Shown: positions 34,412 to 45,551 of the stretch, piece by piece | Numbering within the stretch: position 1 is the first letter of the stretch | Layout of the letters: the number at the start of each line of letters is the position of its first letter | NCBI GenBank assembly: GCA_963804995.1 | Contig: CAWDSK010000005.1 | Location: 256,001 to 320,000 of the forward strand | Length of the DNA stretch: 64,000 bases | Direction: 5' to 3' | Source of the DNA: an uncultured Acidobacteriota bacterium | Lineage (GTDB): Bacteria > Acidobacteriota > Terriglobia > UBA7540 | Notes under the pieces: model-generated | Seen by the model: the letters and a program-made list of their open reading frames with translations, nothing else | What the model was told of the DNA's origin: nothing | Database searches by the model: none | Position numbers and translations under genes: made by a program

Positions 34412-37060
34412 ATGAAGCGATTTGCGGCCATATTGTCGGGTTTGGTGTTGATGTGCGCTTGCGGTGGAGGTGGCGGCGGAGGCGGCACTACGCCCCCTCC
34501 CACATCGCCTATTTCGGTAACCCTGTCACCCTCCAACCAGTCCAACCTCGACCAAGGGCAGAGCCTGAACCTTACCGCGACCTTGACAAATGACTCCGGC
34601 AGTCAGGGTGTAAGTTGGAGTGCCACTGGAGCAGGCTGCGCGGGCACGGCTTGCGGTACCTTCACCAACACCACCAAAACCACGGCAACCTACGTAGCTC
34701 CCGCTCACCTTACCAGCAACTTGAACGTTTCAGTGATTGCCACCTCCGTTGCTGACTCCACCAAGTCGGCATCCTCCCCGGTCATGGTCACCCCCCCGCC
34801 GAGCATCTTGACCACCACGCTTCCCGCTGCCACGCCCAGCCAACCCTACAACGCGGCCCTCGGAGCCTCCGGGGGAGCCGGAACGCTGACTTGGAGCCTG
34901 GCGGCCGGCTCGTTACTCCCGTCAGGTTTGCAGTTGAACGGCGCGGGGCAGATTTATGGCACTCCTACGGATTCCGGAACTACGACCTTCACCGTAAAGG
35001 TGAGCGACTCATCTTCGGGCTCGGGCGGGTCGGCTTCCGCACAGCAACAACTCCACATCACCGTGGTCGGTATATTGGACGTCACCACGCAATCCCTGCC
35101 AAACGGCACGGTGGGTGTGACCTATGGCGCCAGTATCCAAACGATCGGCGGCACACTTCCTGTTGTCTGGAGTTTATGCAGCACCTGCGTAGACGGAGGG
35201 ACGCTGCCCCCGGGGCTGGTACTCCAGGGCTTTAACACCAGTGCGGGAGCGGTCTCAGGCACGCCCACCGCGGCGGGGACCTATTACTTCACCGTAACGG
35301 CGTTGGATTCGGGCACTCCGCAACAGACCATGAATCAGCCCCTGGAAATCACCATCAATCCCCCTGGCCCCTTGACCATCACCACCACGTCGGTGCTCGA
35401 CGGCACACTCGACGTCCCGTACAGTGCCACGCTGGTGGCCACGGGTGGTACGCCGCCTATCAGTTGGAGTAACACGGGCGGCGCGCTGCCCACGGGGTTG
35501 TCGCTTAACCCGCTCACCGGCGTGATCTCCGGCACTCCCACTGCGACCGGAACGTTCAACTTTTCGGTGACGGCCACGGATACTACCGGCGCGCACCTGA
35601 CCCAGCAGTTGACCATCACTATCAACCCCTCGATCGCGGCTTGCAGCAGCTCCGGGAATAATGGCGTGCTCTCCGGCCAATATGCCTTTAGCCTGAGCGG
35701 GTATAACGGCAGCGGCTTCCTGGGCGTGGTAGGCTCTTTCACCGCCAACGGGCAGGGTGGGATTACGGCGGGTGAGGCTGACACCAATGGGGTCCTGGGC
35801 GGGCAGCAAGGCAGCATTATTCCCGCTGTCAGCTCCTACTCCGTGGGGCCGGACAACCGCGGCTGCGCCACCATCGCCACGTCCTTTGGGACCTTCATCA
35901 CGCGCTTCGCGCTGGGGGCCCTGACTTCCGGCGTCGCCACGAATGGCCAGATGATCGAATTTGACACTCCCAACCCCAGCGCCTTTATCGCCACGGGGCA
36001 GATCCTGCAACAGACCCCCGTTGACTTTACTGCTTTCCTCAACGGCAGCTTTGTTTTTCGTACCGTGGGCTGGGATTCGGGTGCCGGGGGCGGCCGCGAC
36101 GTTTGCGTGGGCGTCCTGACCGCGTTCAAAGGCATCTTCAGCAACCTGGACGAGGAATGCAACGACAACGGGACCGCGGCCAACCTCACAGGTGGAACCG
36201 GGACCTACACAAATTTCGACATCACCACGGGTCGCGCTACCTCGACAGAGCTGGTGGGGACAGGTACGTCCCACCTTACAATCTACCTGGTGTCGAACAC
36301 GCAATTCCTGATGATCAACTCTGATCCCACCCCCACCGTGAGCGGCTTCGCACAGCAGCAGCTCGTGCCGAATGGCGGATTCAGGCCTAGCTCACTCACT
36401 GGCAAGCTCGTCTTCTATCTCAGTGGGTTGACTGGTGGCGGCTCAGGTGCGGATGGGTCCATAGACCTCATCAGTTCCGATGGAGTGAGCGCCTTGAGTA
36501 TCACCAGCTACGAGAATTATCTGGGCGTCTGGCAAGGTACTCCCCCTCCCATAACTCTCACCTGCATTTACACTGTCGTCTCCAACGGCAGGGTAACGCT
36601 CAGTAGCAGTGGCGGCGGGAATAGTTGCGGAATGAATCCCCCCGTCATCTACTTGACCGCCCCTAACACCGGCTTTGCAGTTGACACTGCCGCCGCAGTT
36701 GACACGGGATCGCTCTTTGCACAAACGGGCAGCCCTTTTGCCAATACCTCCCTGTCCGGCGTCTTCGCGACGGGTCTGGCTGAGGTGGTCAGCCAGGACA
36801 TTGGAAGACTATCCGTCGGTGCCCTTACGCTGGACGGAGGCGGCCATGTTAGTGGCCTTAATGACTTGATGTCGACCAGCGGCCAGTTTTTAGACAACCA
36901 CTTTGCCGACACCTACTCGGTTAATTCCGACGGGACCTTCACCTTTGGATCAACGGGCCCGACGATTGTTGGTGTCGTGATATCCAATAGCCAGTTCGTG
37001 ATGTTCGATACCTCCAGCATCCCCACATCGTTCCCGATTCTGCTGCTAGGGTCTAAATAG
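34412..37060 (+). CDS. Surface lipoprotein with putative Ig (He_PIG) repeats and beta-barrel repeats
   Basis: Lipobox CAC-GGGG; three LPxGL...GxISGTPT-type units; GQYAFSLSG/GSFVFR/GKLVFY repeats. Confidence 0.8.
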   Translation: MKRFAAILSGLVLMCACGGGGGGGGTTPPPTSPISVTLSPSNQSNLDQGQSLNLTATLTNDSGSQGVSWSATGAGCAGTACGTFTNTTKTTATYVAPAHLTSNLNVSVIATSVADSTKSASSPVMVTPPPSILTTTLPAATPSQPYNAALGASGGAGTLTWSLAAGSLLPSGLQLNGAGQIYGTPTDSGTTTFTVKVSDSSSGSGGSASAQQQLHITVVGILDVTTQSLPNGTVGVTYGASIQTIGGTLPVVWSLCSTCVDGGTLPPGLVLQGFNTSAGAVSGTPTAAGTYYFTVTALDSGTPQQTMNQPLEITINPPGPLTITTTSVLDGTLDVPYSATLVATGGTPPISWSNTGGALPTGLSLNPLTGVISGTPTATGTFNFSVTATDTTGAHLTQQLTITINPSIAACSSSGNNGVLSGQYAFSLSGYNGSGFLGVVGSFTANGQGGITAGEADTNGVLGGQQGSIIPAVSSYSVGPDNRGCATIATSFGTFITRFALGALTSGVATNGQMIEFDTPNPSAFIATGQILQQTPVDFTAFLNGSFVFRTVGWDSGAGGGRDVCVGVLTAFKGIFSNLDEECNDNGTAANLTGGTGTYTNFDITTGRATSTELVGTGTSHLTIYLVSNTQFLMINSDPTPTVSGFAQQQLVPNGGFRPSSLTGKLVFYLSGLTGGGSGADGSIDLISSDGVSALSITSYENYLGVWQGTPPPITLTCIYTVVSNGRVTLSSSGGGNSCGMNPPVIYLTAPNTGFAVDTAAAVDTGSLFAQTGSPFANTSLSGVFATGLAEVVSQDIGRLSVGALTLDGGGHVSGLNDLMSTSGQFLDNHFADTYSVNSDGTFTFGSTGPTIVGVVISNSQFVMFDTSSIPTSFPILLLGSK

Positions 37061-37295
37061 GCCTGAGAACAGGGAATAGGGACTAGCGACCGTAGCGCGG
37101 ACCTCCGTCTTTGAGGTCCGCGGTTCTTCATAGGCCCTTTGAGCAAATTGGTCGTGGCGAAGCGGCCGCCCATATATGGGGGTTTGCGGTTGTTTCAAAC
37201 GAAGTGCCGCGGACCATATAACCTCGCCGCTGCAGGTGGCGGGGATGCCCACCCTGATGGGCGGTGACGCCTTCCCCACCGCCTCGAACCGGGGA

Positions 37296-38720
37296 ATGGT
37301 TCCAAATCGCTACTATCGTGGGTGGCAACCGCGATTGGGGGTTGCTTACCAGTTGAACGACAAGACGGTGGTGCGCGCTGGCGCCGCGGTATTCTTTAGC
37401 TTTTATCAGTTTGGAGCGGCCACCCCGGATTCGACCCCTAGTCTGGATGGGTTCACAAGTACAACTCCATGGTTTAGCACGTATCAGAACAACGGAACCA
37501 CGCCCGCCAATACCCTCAGTAATCCCTGGCCGGCCGGTATCCAACTTCCCACCGGTAGTTCGCTGGGGGCGCTCACCAATATTGGCCTTTCCGTAACCGG
37601 TGGGGTGAACGCGCCGGGCTGGGACAACCAACCCTATCTCCAAGCCTGGAACTTCGGCATTCAGCGCAACCTTCCTGGAGGAATCCTGCTGGAGGTCAAC
37701 TATGTCGGCCAGAAAGGAACCCACCTGCTTTACGGTGGTTACACTAGCCTTCAATACCTAGGTCCTCAGGTCGAAAAAGAATCCGTGCAGCAACTGACGG
37801 CGCTCACTTCCTACGTGCCCAACCCGTTTGCTTCCGTTATCACCAATCCGGCCAGTTGTCTGTCCGGGCCTACGATTGAGGCTGCCAATCTTCAGTGGCC
37901 TAACCCCCAGTTTTGCGGCGAGGACTTTGTCGAGCCTCCGTGGTCCAATACCAACTACAACGCACTGCAAGTCCGCGTGGAAAAACGCCTTTCGCACGGC
38001 TTACAATTCCTGGTTAACTACACGTGGTCCAAGTCGCTCGACAACACCTCTTGTAACGGGGACAACGTCTGTTGGATCGGCGGGTTCAATCGCATGGAGG
38101 ATCCCAATAATTTCTCGAAACTGCCGTACGGTGTCTCCGAATTCAATTTGCCCCAAGTCCTGAACGTCAGCTATGTGTACCATCTGCCCTTCGGCAAGAC
38201 AGGGCAATGGGGCAGAAGCTGGAATCAGTGGGTCAATGGGGCTCTCGGCGGCTGGGAGACAACCGGCATCTGGGTTTTCACTACGGGCCAGCCCCTACCG
38301 TTGAACTGGATGTCCTGCGGGGTCACCTTTCCCAGCTATGGTTGCCAGCAGCCCAACTTGATCGCACCGCTGCAGAAAACTGGCGGACCCGTAAACAACT
38401 GGATCAACAATTACTTCACCAATGAGAATTCGGCGCTTGCCGAGCCCGCCCCGTTCACACTAGGGACGGCCCCTCAGGTGCTGCCCAATACCTACGGCCC
38501 GGGCACATTCAATGCCAACCTCGCGGTGTACAAGAACTTCCCCTTGGGTCGACTGCGCGAGGGCGCATCTTTGCAGGTGCGCGCTGAAACCATCAATGGC
38601 TTCAATCATCCGAAGTTTGGCAACCCGAACACGACGTTCGAGAGCCCGAATTTTGGACTTATCGACAATCAGTTGAACTCGGCTCGGCAGGTCTAGCTCG
38701 GGATGAAGCTGTACTTCTAA
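37296..38720 (+). pseudogene. C-terminal remnant of a TonB-dependent receptor
   Basis: WQPRLGVAY...VVRAG, NYNALQ...NYTWSKSLD, RAETINGFNHPKF; N-terminal half missing; in-frame TAG at 38694-38696 interrupts RQV*LGMKLYF. Confidence 0.8.
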
Positions 38721-38967
38721 TTAACTCGTCATCTACCCTGCCTGGGCTGGCGTCAACACCTAGCGCCAGCCCAGGCTCCTGCATCCGCAGCCTCCATCTT
38801 CAATTCTCCCCCCTCGGTCGCCGCGGTGACAGAGGGGCCGGGGGGTAAGGGGATTGTAGTGTCTAGCGGAAAACTACCGCCAGCAGAGAATTCTACCTTT
38901 GCCTTTTGATTTTCTTTGCGGATGCGCCGCACTCTGCTACCCGGTAACGGGGGCGTAAGGGGCGGGG

Positions 38968-41466
38968 CTAATCCTGAGCTTTCAAACCCACACCGTCGCA
39001 CGGATCGACGTGCCAGATCTCGGAGGTATATTCCCGGATGGTACGATCGGAGGAGAACTTTCCCGCCCGGGCCACATTCAGAATGGCTTTTCGATCCCAA
39101 CCCTCCACGTCGCGATAGGCGGCATCGACGCGTTCCTGGGTTTGAATGTAATCCCGCAGGTCGGCAAGCAGCATGTAATGGTCTCCACCGTCCAAGAGGG
39201 ATTGCACGAGCGGTCTGAAAATTCCGGGTTCCAGGATGCTGAAAAAATCCTTCTCGATCAGCGTAAACGCCCATCGGATCTCTTCGTCACTGTTATAAAC
39301 ATCCCAGGGATTGTAAGAAGCGCGGCGCTGCCTGACCTCCTCGGTCTTCAGGCCGAAGATGAAGATATTCTCCTCCCCAACCTCCTCCAGGATTTCTATG
39401 GTGGCGCCATCCAGGGTCCCAATCGTGACCGCGCCGTTGAGCTGCATTTTCATGTTGCCCGTCCCGGAGGCTTCCGTCCCGGCCAAGGAGATCTGTTCGC
39501 TCAGGTTCGCCGCGGGGATAATCCTCTCTGCCAAGGACACCCGGTAATTGGGCAGGAATACGACCTTTATTTTTTCGCAAATCTGCGGGTCCCGGTTGAT
39601 GACTTCCGCAACCTGGTGGATCAGCTTGATGATCAGCTTGGCCATGGCATAGCCGGGGGCGGCTTTGGCTCCAAAGATGAATGTGCGGGGCACGATGTCC
39701 AAGGCCGGGTTTTTCTTCAGGCGGCTGTATAGCATGATGATGTAAAGGACAAGCAGCATCTGGCGCTTGTATTCATGCAGGCGCTTCACCTGGACGTCAA
39801 ATAGCGAATCCGGTGAAACGTTGATCCCCGTCTCATGCGCGATGAGTTGAGCCAAGAGCGCCTTGTTGTGCTGCTTGGCGGCGCGGAATCCCTTCCGGAA
39901 GGCGGCATCGTCCACGAACGGCTCCAATTTCCTGAGCTGGTCGAGATCCGTGATCCATTTGTCACCGATGGCTTTCGTAATCAGCTTGGCGAGAGCGGGA
40001 TTGGCGTTCAATAACCAGCGCCGCGGGGTGATGCCGTTGGTCTTGTTGTTAAACTTCTCCGGCCACATTTCAGCGAAATCCCTCAGGATTTCGCGCTTCA
40101 GAAGCTCTGTGTGGAGCCGCGCCACGCCATTCACCGAACGGGAACCCACGATGGCCAGGTTGGCCATGCGCACGTATTTCTCCCCTTTCTCGTCGATGAT
40201 GCTCATGCGCCGCAGCCGCGAATCGTCTAAGGGCCAGCGCGTCGCCACGTCGCGCATAAACCGGGCGTTTATTTCGTAGATAATCTGCAAGTGGCGAGGG
40301 AGCAACCGCCCGAACATTTTCAGCGGCCACTTCTCCATCGCTTCCGGCAGAATCGTATGGTTGGTGTAACCGGTGGATTCCGTGGTGATCCGCCATGCCT
40401 GGTCCCAGCCCAGACCCTCGCGATCGATCAGCAGGCGCATCAATTCCGGGATGACCAGCGAAGGATGGGTGTCATTGAGTTGGATGAAGGCCTTGCTGGG
40501 AAAGGCGTCCCAGGCATTCTTGTCTCTCTTGAAGCGGCGCAGGATATCCTGAATCGAGCACGAAACGAAAAAATACTGCTGTTTGAGGCGGAGTTCCTTC
40601 CCTTCGAACACGGTGTCATTCGGGTAGAGAACCTTGGTCAGGTTCTCCGCCAGAACTTTGTTGGCCACCGCATCTACATACGACCCGCGATTGAAATCAT
40701 CCAGGTCAAACTCTTCCGCCGCCTTGGCTGACCAGAGCCGCAAGGTGTTGACGGTGTGCCCGCCATACCCCACCACCGGCAGGTCGTGGGGCATGCCCAC
40801 CACCGCCTTGGTATCCACCCAGTGCCATTCCAAACCATTCGGGCCCGGCCGGGCTTCGACCTGGCCTTCGAACTGCACTTGAAAAGAATATTCCGGATGA
40901 ACGATTTCCCAAGGGTAGCCGAGCTTCAACCACTCATCGGGAACCTCCACTTGATAACCGTTCACGATGCGCTGGTTGAAGATGCCGAAGTCGTAGCGCA
41001 GGCCGTAACCGACCGAGGGAATGTCGAGCGTGGCCATCGAATCCAGGAAGCAGGCGGCCAGGCGGCCCAATCCGCCATTGCCCAGGCCCGCATCCACTTC
41101 CTGGTCGCGCAGGTCTTCCCAATTCAGCCCCACGTCGGCCAATGCCTGGCGGCAGGGATCCTCCAAGCGCAGATTGATGACGTTGTTGTCGAGCAACCGG
41201 CCGATCAGGAACTCCAGCGACAGGTAGTAGGCCCGTTTGACGTTCCGGTCGTGATGCGCCTGCTGCGTGGCAAGCCAGCGCTCAATCAGACGGTCTCGGA
41301 CGGCCAGCGCAAACGCATAGTAACGGTCCCGATTGGTGGCGGTGTAGCGATCCTTGGCGAGCGTCCGGCGAAGGTGATTCTCGAATGACCTCCGCACTTC
41401 CTTGGGAGAGGTGAAAGTTTCCGTCCCCGCGGCGGCGTGCTCGACAACCTTGGTTTTAGATTCCAT
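38968..41466 (-). CDS. glgP: Glycogen/starch phosphorylase
   Basis: GLGNGGLGRLAACFLDS, QLNDTHP, NKTNGITPRRW, KRLHEYKRQ, EASGTGNMK, FSSDRTI. Confidence 0.98.
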   Translation of the reverse strand: MESKTKVVEHAAAGTETFTSPKEVRRSFENHLRRTLAKDRYTATNRDRYYAFALAVRDRLIERWLATQQAHHDRNVKRAYYLSLEFLIGRLLDNNVINLRLEDPCRQALADVGLNWEDLRDQEVDAGLGNGGLGRLAACFLDSMATLDIPSVGYGLRYDFGIFNQRIVNGYQVEVPDEWLKLGYPWEIVHPEYSFQVQFEGQVEARPGPNGLEWHWVDTKAVVGMPHDLPVVGYGGHTVNTLRLWSAKAAEEFDLDDFNRGSYVDAVANKVLAENLTKVLYPNDTVFEGKELRLKQQYFFVSCSIQDILRRFKRDKNAWDAFPSKAFIQLNDTHPSLVIPELMRLLIDREGLGWDQAWRITTESTGYTNHTILPEAMEKWPLKMFGRLLPRHLQIIYEINARFMRDVATRWPLDDSRLRRMSIIDEKGEKYVRMANLAIVGSRSVNGVARLHTELLKREILRDFAEMWPEKFNNKTNGITPRRWLLNANPALAKLITKAIGDKWITDLDQLRKLEPFVDDAAFRKGFRAAKQHNKALLAQLIAHETGINVSPDSLFDVQVKRLHEYKRQMLLVLYIIMLYSRLKKNPALDIVPRTFIFGAKAAPGYAMAKLIIKLIHQVAEVINRDPQICEKIKVVFLPNYRVSLAERIIPAANLSEQISLAGTEASGTGNMKMQLNGAVTIGTLDGATIEILEEVGEENIFIFGLKTEEVRQRRASYNPWDVYNSDEEIRWAFTLIEKDFFSILEPGIFRPLVQSLLDGGDHYMLLADLRDYIQTQERVDAAYRDVEGWDRKAILNVARAGKFSSDRTIREYTSEIWHVDPCDGVGLKAQD

Positions 41467-41861
41467 CCATCCCCTCCCCGCCTGCTGCGGTCCCAATCAA
41501 ACGGTAACTTCCCCTGTGGGTCGGCATCGTGACACCCGGAATTGGCTCTGCTGGTTGGCTGCCCCAGAAGGAGGTAGTGCGGCCCCGCCCTGCCGGACTG
41601 CGTTGTTCTAAGGTTCAAGCTTACTCGCCTGGGGAGTGGTTCGCAACTGATTGTGGTGGCGGGTGAGTCTCGAGTCGCTCACATATCTTGTGAAAACGCG
41701 GACGCCGATGGATGAGCTAAGGGTTCCCATGGGAGACGTCCTTGCGTGATAACGCGGAAAATTTCCCCGTTAACTTTAAGTTGCGATTCGGCCGGGCGAC
41801 GCTTTATGCTTCAGGTTGTAAACGGGGCTTACAAACGTAAAGGAAACCAAGGTGCTCTGCC

Positions 41862-42044
41862 ATGGCTCCAGAACCCATCTATGATGTGATTGTTGTGGGT
41901 TCCGGCGCTGCGGGCGGCATCAGCGCTTACGTGCTGGCGACGCAGGGACTGAAGGTGCTTTGTCTCGAAACGGGACGCATACTTGACCCCGGCAAGGATT
42001 TTTACACGCACAAAATGAGCTACGAGTGGCCGTACCGTGGCGTG
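41862..42044 (+). pseudogene. N-terminal fragment (~60 aa) of a GMC-family oxidoreductase
   Basis: YDVIVVGSGAAGG...GLKVLCLETGR...YEWPYRG (FAD-binding start), after which similarity is lost. Confidence 0.7.
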
Positions 42045-42143
42045 GTGGATGCCTCGTGCCTTGTAACTCACCCTGAGAAGCCGATAACAGAATTGTTCCG
42101 AGATAATGCAAACCCAATCGTCCAAACAAAAGGAGAAACCCAC

Positions 42144-42608
42144 ATGCGATTTCCTAAAACGCTCGCCGTACTCCTGGCGGTCGGCGGAGTTCTGGTTGCC
42201 GCGCAGCCCGGACAGAAACCCATGAAGCAATTCTTGAATCCGGAGGGAGTACAAAGGGCAGTTCACAGCTATACCTCGGTTGTGACCTCCGGCCCGGGGC
42301 GGATGATCTTCATTTCCGGGCAGGGGGGCGCCGCTGCCGACGGCAAACTGCCGGAAGATTTTACTTCGCAAGCCACGAACACTTTTGAGAACTTGGGGCG
42401 ATGCCTCCATGCGGCCGGCGCGAAATTTGATGATATCGTCAAGATCAACTACTACCTTACGGACATTCACAACCAGGCAGAGCTTCGCCGCATTCGCGCC
42501 AAGTACCTGAACCAATCGGCGCCTCCGGCATCGACGATTGTGCAAGCCGGGCTGGGGGAAAAGGGTACGCTGCTCGAGGCTGAAGTGATCGCGGTCATTC
42601 CAGAATGA
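42144..42608 (+). CDS. RidA/YjgF family protein with a signal-peptide-like N-terminus
   Basis: AAGGAGA RBS; IFISGQ, DIVKINYY, PPAST, LEAEVIA. Confidence 0.85.
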   Translation: MRFPKTLAVLLAVGGVLVAAQPGQKPMKQFLNPEGVQRAVHSYTSVVTSGPGRMIFISGQGGAAADGKLPEDFTSQATNTFENLGRCLHAAGAKFDDIVKINYYLTDIHNQAELRRIRAKYLNQSAPPASTIVQAGLGEKGTLLEAEVIAVIPE

Positions 42609-43251
42609 GAGTCAGATGAGTCGAAGAAGGTAGCCACGGTGTCGCCGCGGCAACCCATGACTACTCGCACCTGACGCAGGACACTACACGCTGGTCCCGG
42701 TCATCTGATGATGCGACGGACCGGTCACCAGATCGTATTCACGGAGCCTCCCTTGTTCATGGTTACGAATTCAACATGTTTCATCCGGGTGAGTGTGGCG
42801 GCCTTGTTAGTGGCGGTGCTGGGCGGAACAGCGATGACGCGGCTTTCCGCGCCACGGCGTCGAAGGACCAAGGTACTGGGCCTGGATAAGGTGATTGCTT
42901 TTGCCTACAGCCCCACAAAAGGTTTTGATCCTAAACAACTGCGCTCCGTGACGTTCTTCGGACCCACGGACCCGGACGCTTGGCGGTATTGGCAGACACG
43001 TAAGGTAGTGACGGGTGTCGTGCGCACCTGGATGGATCTGCTGCGCCCACCCATCGACAAGGCCGTGGAGAACCTCGTGGGCATGAACTACGGCGGAAAT
43101 CCGCGACCCGTAGTCATGATCGACGAGTTCGGTGGGAAGACGGCGCTTGCGGGAAGGAACGGGCTTGAGACAAGGCGGTGTATACTTTCATGCGCCGGGG
43201 CCGAACGATCGATTTCCCGAGTCCTCGCCCCGATACCGCGGGGTCTGAGCC

Positions 43252-44292
43252 ATGCAGGATACGAACCCGAAAGGGAACATCACAGTCGTAGGCGCGCAAC
43301 GAGTCAAAGTCGCAGTCGTGCAGGCGGCTCCGGTGATGTTCGATCGTGAACGGACGCTCGAAAAAGTTCACGCCCTCGCGAGGCAAGCGGCCGGCGCGGG
43401 TGCGCAGTTGGTGCTCTTCCCCGAGGCATTCGTTTCAGCTTATCCACGCGGTCTCGATTTCGGTGCGGTGGTCGGCTCGCGCACGGAGCAGGGTCGCGAC
43501 GATTTTCGCCGCTATTGGCAGAGCAGTGTGGATGTTCCCGGTCCCGCGGTGGAGGAACTTGGCCGGGCCGCATGCGACAACCGGATCTATCTCGTTATCG
43601 GAGTGATCGAACGGGACCGCGGCACTCTTTATTGTTCCATCTTGTTCTTTGCGCCCGATGGCAGCTTCATGGGGAAGCATCGAAAGATAATGCCCACGGG
43701 TTCCGAGCGCCTGGTTTGGGGCTTCGGCGATGGTTCGACGCTCCCGGTGTTCGATACTCCGCTGGGGAAGTTGGGCGCGGTCATCTGCTGGGAGAATTAC
43801 CTGCCTCTGATGCGGGCTGCAATGTATGCGAAGGGCATCCAGATTTATTGCGCTCCGACTGCCGACGCGCGTGACAATTGGATTGCTTCGATGCGCCACA
43901 TTGCAGTCGAGGGCCGCTGCTTTGTGCTTTCCGCGAACCAGTTCAGCCGCCGCACCGATTTTCCTTCCGACTACCACGCGTTTGTTGGCGAAACTCCGGA
44001 CACCATCGTCTGTAGAGGCGGAAGTTGTATCGTCGATCCTTTCGGCAATTTCCTGGCCGGACCGAACTACGACGGCGAAGTGATTCTCAGTGCCGAAATC
44101 GATCGCGCGCAAATCGTCCGGGGCAAGTTCGACCTCAACGTGGTGGGCCACTACGCGCGACCGGACATCTTCCAACTCCATGTGGACGAAACGCCGAAAC
44201 GGCCGGTAACTCTGCATGGCGTGGAAGCTGCGAATCCACCGGAACCTTCCCGCCACGACGATAATGAGGTGTCTGCTTGTGGCGACAAATGA
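43252..44292 (+). CDS. Nitrilase (carbon-nitrogen hydrolase family)
   Basis: LFPEAF, HRKIMPT...ER, ICWENY catalytic triad, GHYARPD. Confidence 0.93.
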   Translation: MQDTNPKGNITVVGAQRVKVAVVQAAPVMFDRERTLEKVHALARQAAGAGAQLVLFPEAFVSAYPRGLDFGAVVGSRTEQGRDDFRRYWQSSVDVPGPAVEELGRAACDNRIYLVIGVIERDRGTLYCSILFFAPDGSFMGKHRKIMPTGSERLVWGFGDGSTLPVFDTPLGKLGAVICWENYLPLMRAAMYAKGIQIYCAPTADARDNWIASMRHIAVEGRCFVLSANQFSRRTDFPSDYHAFVGETPDTIVCRGGSCIVDPFGNFLAGPNYDGEVILSAEIDRAQIVRGKFDLNVVGHYARPDIFQLHVDETPKRPVTLHGVEAANPPEPSRHDDNEVSACGDK

Positions 44293-44711
44293 GGGGGGTG
44301 TTTTAGCCGGGAGGTTGACGGATTAAGTGGGACCTCGCTCGCTATGCCCCGCGGAGACCAACATCTGGGACAGTTTCATAGCAGGATCACGCAACCCTTT
44401 TCCCCCCTATATCCATGACGAAAGATCATGATTGCCACGTCTTGAAGCGAAGGATGGGGCGCCGTCGCGAAGGTTGAATTTTCGACACATCAATGATTCC
44501 GCCTCCACTTCCGAGACGCCAGCCGAGGGCAAAAGTCATAAACCCGACTCCCCCAGCACTCATCCCTAGATAACCCGATCTGCCTCTCGTACCCTTCCGC
44601 GCACAATTGCGGGCTCCAAGCGCCGCTTCGCGTACGTATTTCAAACCCATCCCGCAAAACTTCAGCCTCGCCGTCAGGGTGTCCCAGGGCGCCACGGCGT
44701 GAGGTAAGTCA

Positions 44712-45111
44712 CTTTTGGGCTACCGGTAGCCCAAAAGCGACGTCGTCCCGCCAGATAATTCATTTTTGGGCTACCGGTAGCCCAAAAGTGACGTTACCCT
44801 ATTGACATCATCCAGTATAGGGATGCTAATCTGTAAACGTGATGAGTGGCGAACCGACAACCCGATGGAATGTGCCTCGCGGCGGCCTGTCGGGAACCCT
44901 TCCGAATCAAAATTGGGACCTTTTTGCCGCGTGGTCGCAGGGTAATGGCGGCAGCCGCACCTCAAAAGCCGCTGCGTGGAGCGTCCTGCGGCCCTGTCAC
45001 GCCGTGTCCCAGCGTCCCACCCAAAGATTTATCGGACAGTTTTGCGTTGCCCCCTTCAGATTTGGGCTACCGGTAGCCCCGCCCTGCATTTTTGGGCTAC
45101 CGGTAGCACAA
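44712..45111. promoter_or_regulatory. Cluster of four palindromes with core GGGCTACCGGTAGC, upstream of the phage-like operon
   Basis: 44712-44737 (26-bp perfect), 44764-44787 (24-bp perfect), 45061-45079 and 45089-45111 (degenerate). Confidence 0.7.
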
Positions 45112-45167
45112 CTGGTTAATTATTCTCTTGACAACACCCCATGCAGTAATGTTACCCTGTATATGTC

Positions 45168-45551
45168 ATGAGCGACGTGTCCACCACCGGAACCAAACGC
45201 GAACGCCGAGGGGCCCCACCTGAGCAAGGCTCAGATCCGAGGGCGCCACGCATCCGCATTGAAGTTCCGCTGGGTACACCGTTCCAGGAGATTCAAGAGT
45301 ACGTTTATCGCCAAGCCTGGCAACTGGCCGGAACGCAGCTCAAGGCCGCGGTTTCTCTGGGGATCACCCCCGAAACGATTTCGCGGTTTTTAAAACGTTG
45401 TGAACGAGACAGGCTTGACTACCCCGGCGCTCAGACGCGTTGGGGCAAAGGCTGCCCGAAGGGGGCGCCGCTCGAAGCGGCGCTTACCCCCGCCCCGGAG
45501 GGCAGCGAAGACTCGACCCTTGTTTCCCCTGGTAAGTGGGGAGGGGAATAA
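45168..45551 (+). CDS. Fis-type HTH DNA-binding protein (candidate cluster regulator)
   Basis: IEVPLGTPFQEIQEYVYRQAWQLAGTQLKAAVSLGITPETISRFL resembles HTH_8. Confidence 0.7.
   Translation: MSDVSTTGTKRERRGAPPEQGSDPRAPRIRIEVPLGTPFQEIQEYVYRQAWQLAGTQLKAAVSLGITPETISRFLKRCERDRLDYPGAQTRWGKGCPKGAPLEAALTPAPEGSEDSTLVSPGKWGGE

Noticed and set aside
44292..44710. tRNA/att site or Mu end marking the left border
   Set aside because: No cloverleaf, integrase remnant or recognisable terminal repeat could be identified by eye
44712..45111. Palindrome cluster as a CRISPR array
   Set aside because: Spacing is irregular (about 26, 270 and 10 bp between copies), the repeats are loop-less dyads, and there are no cas genes
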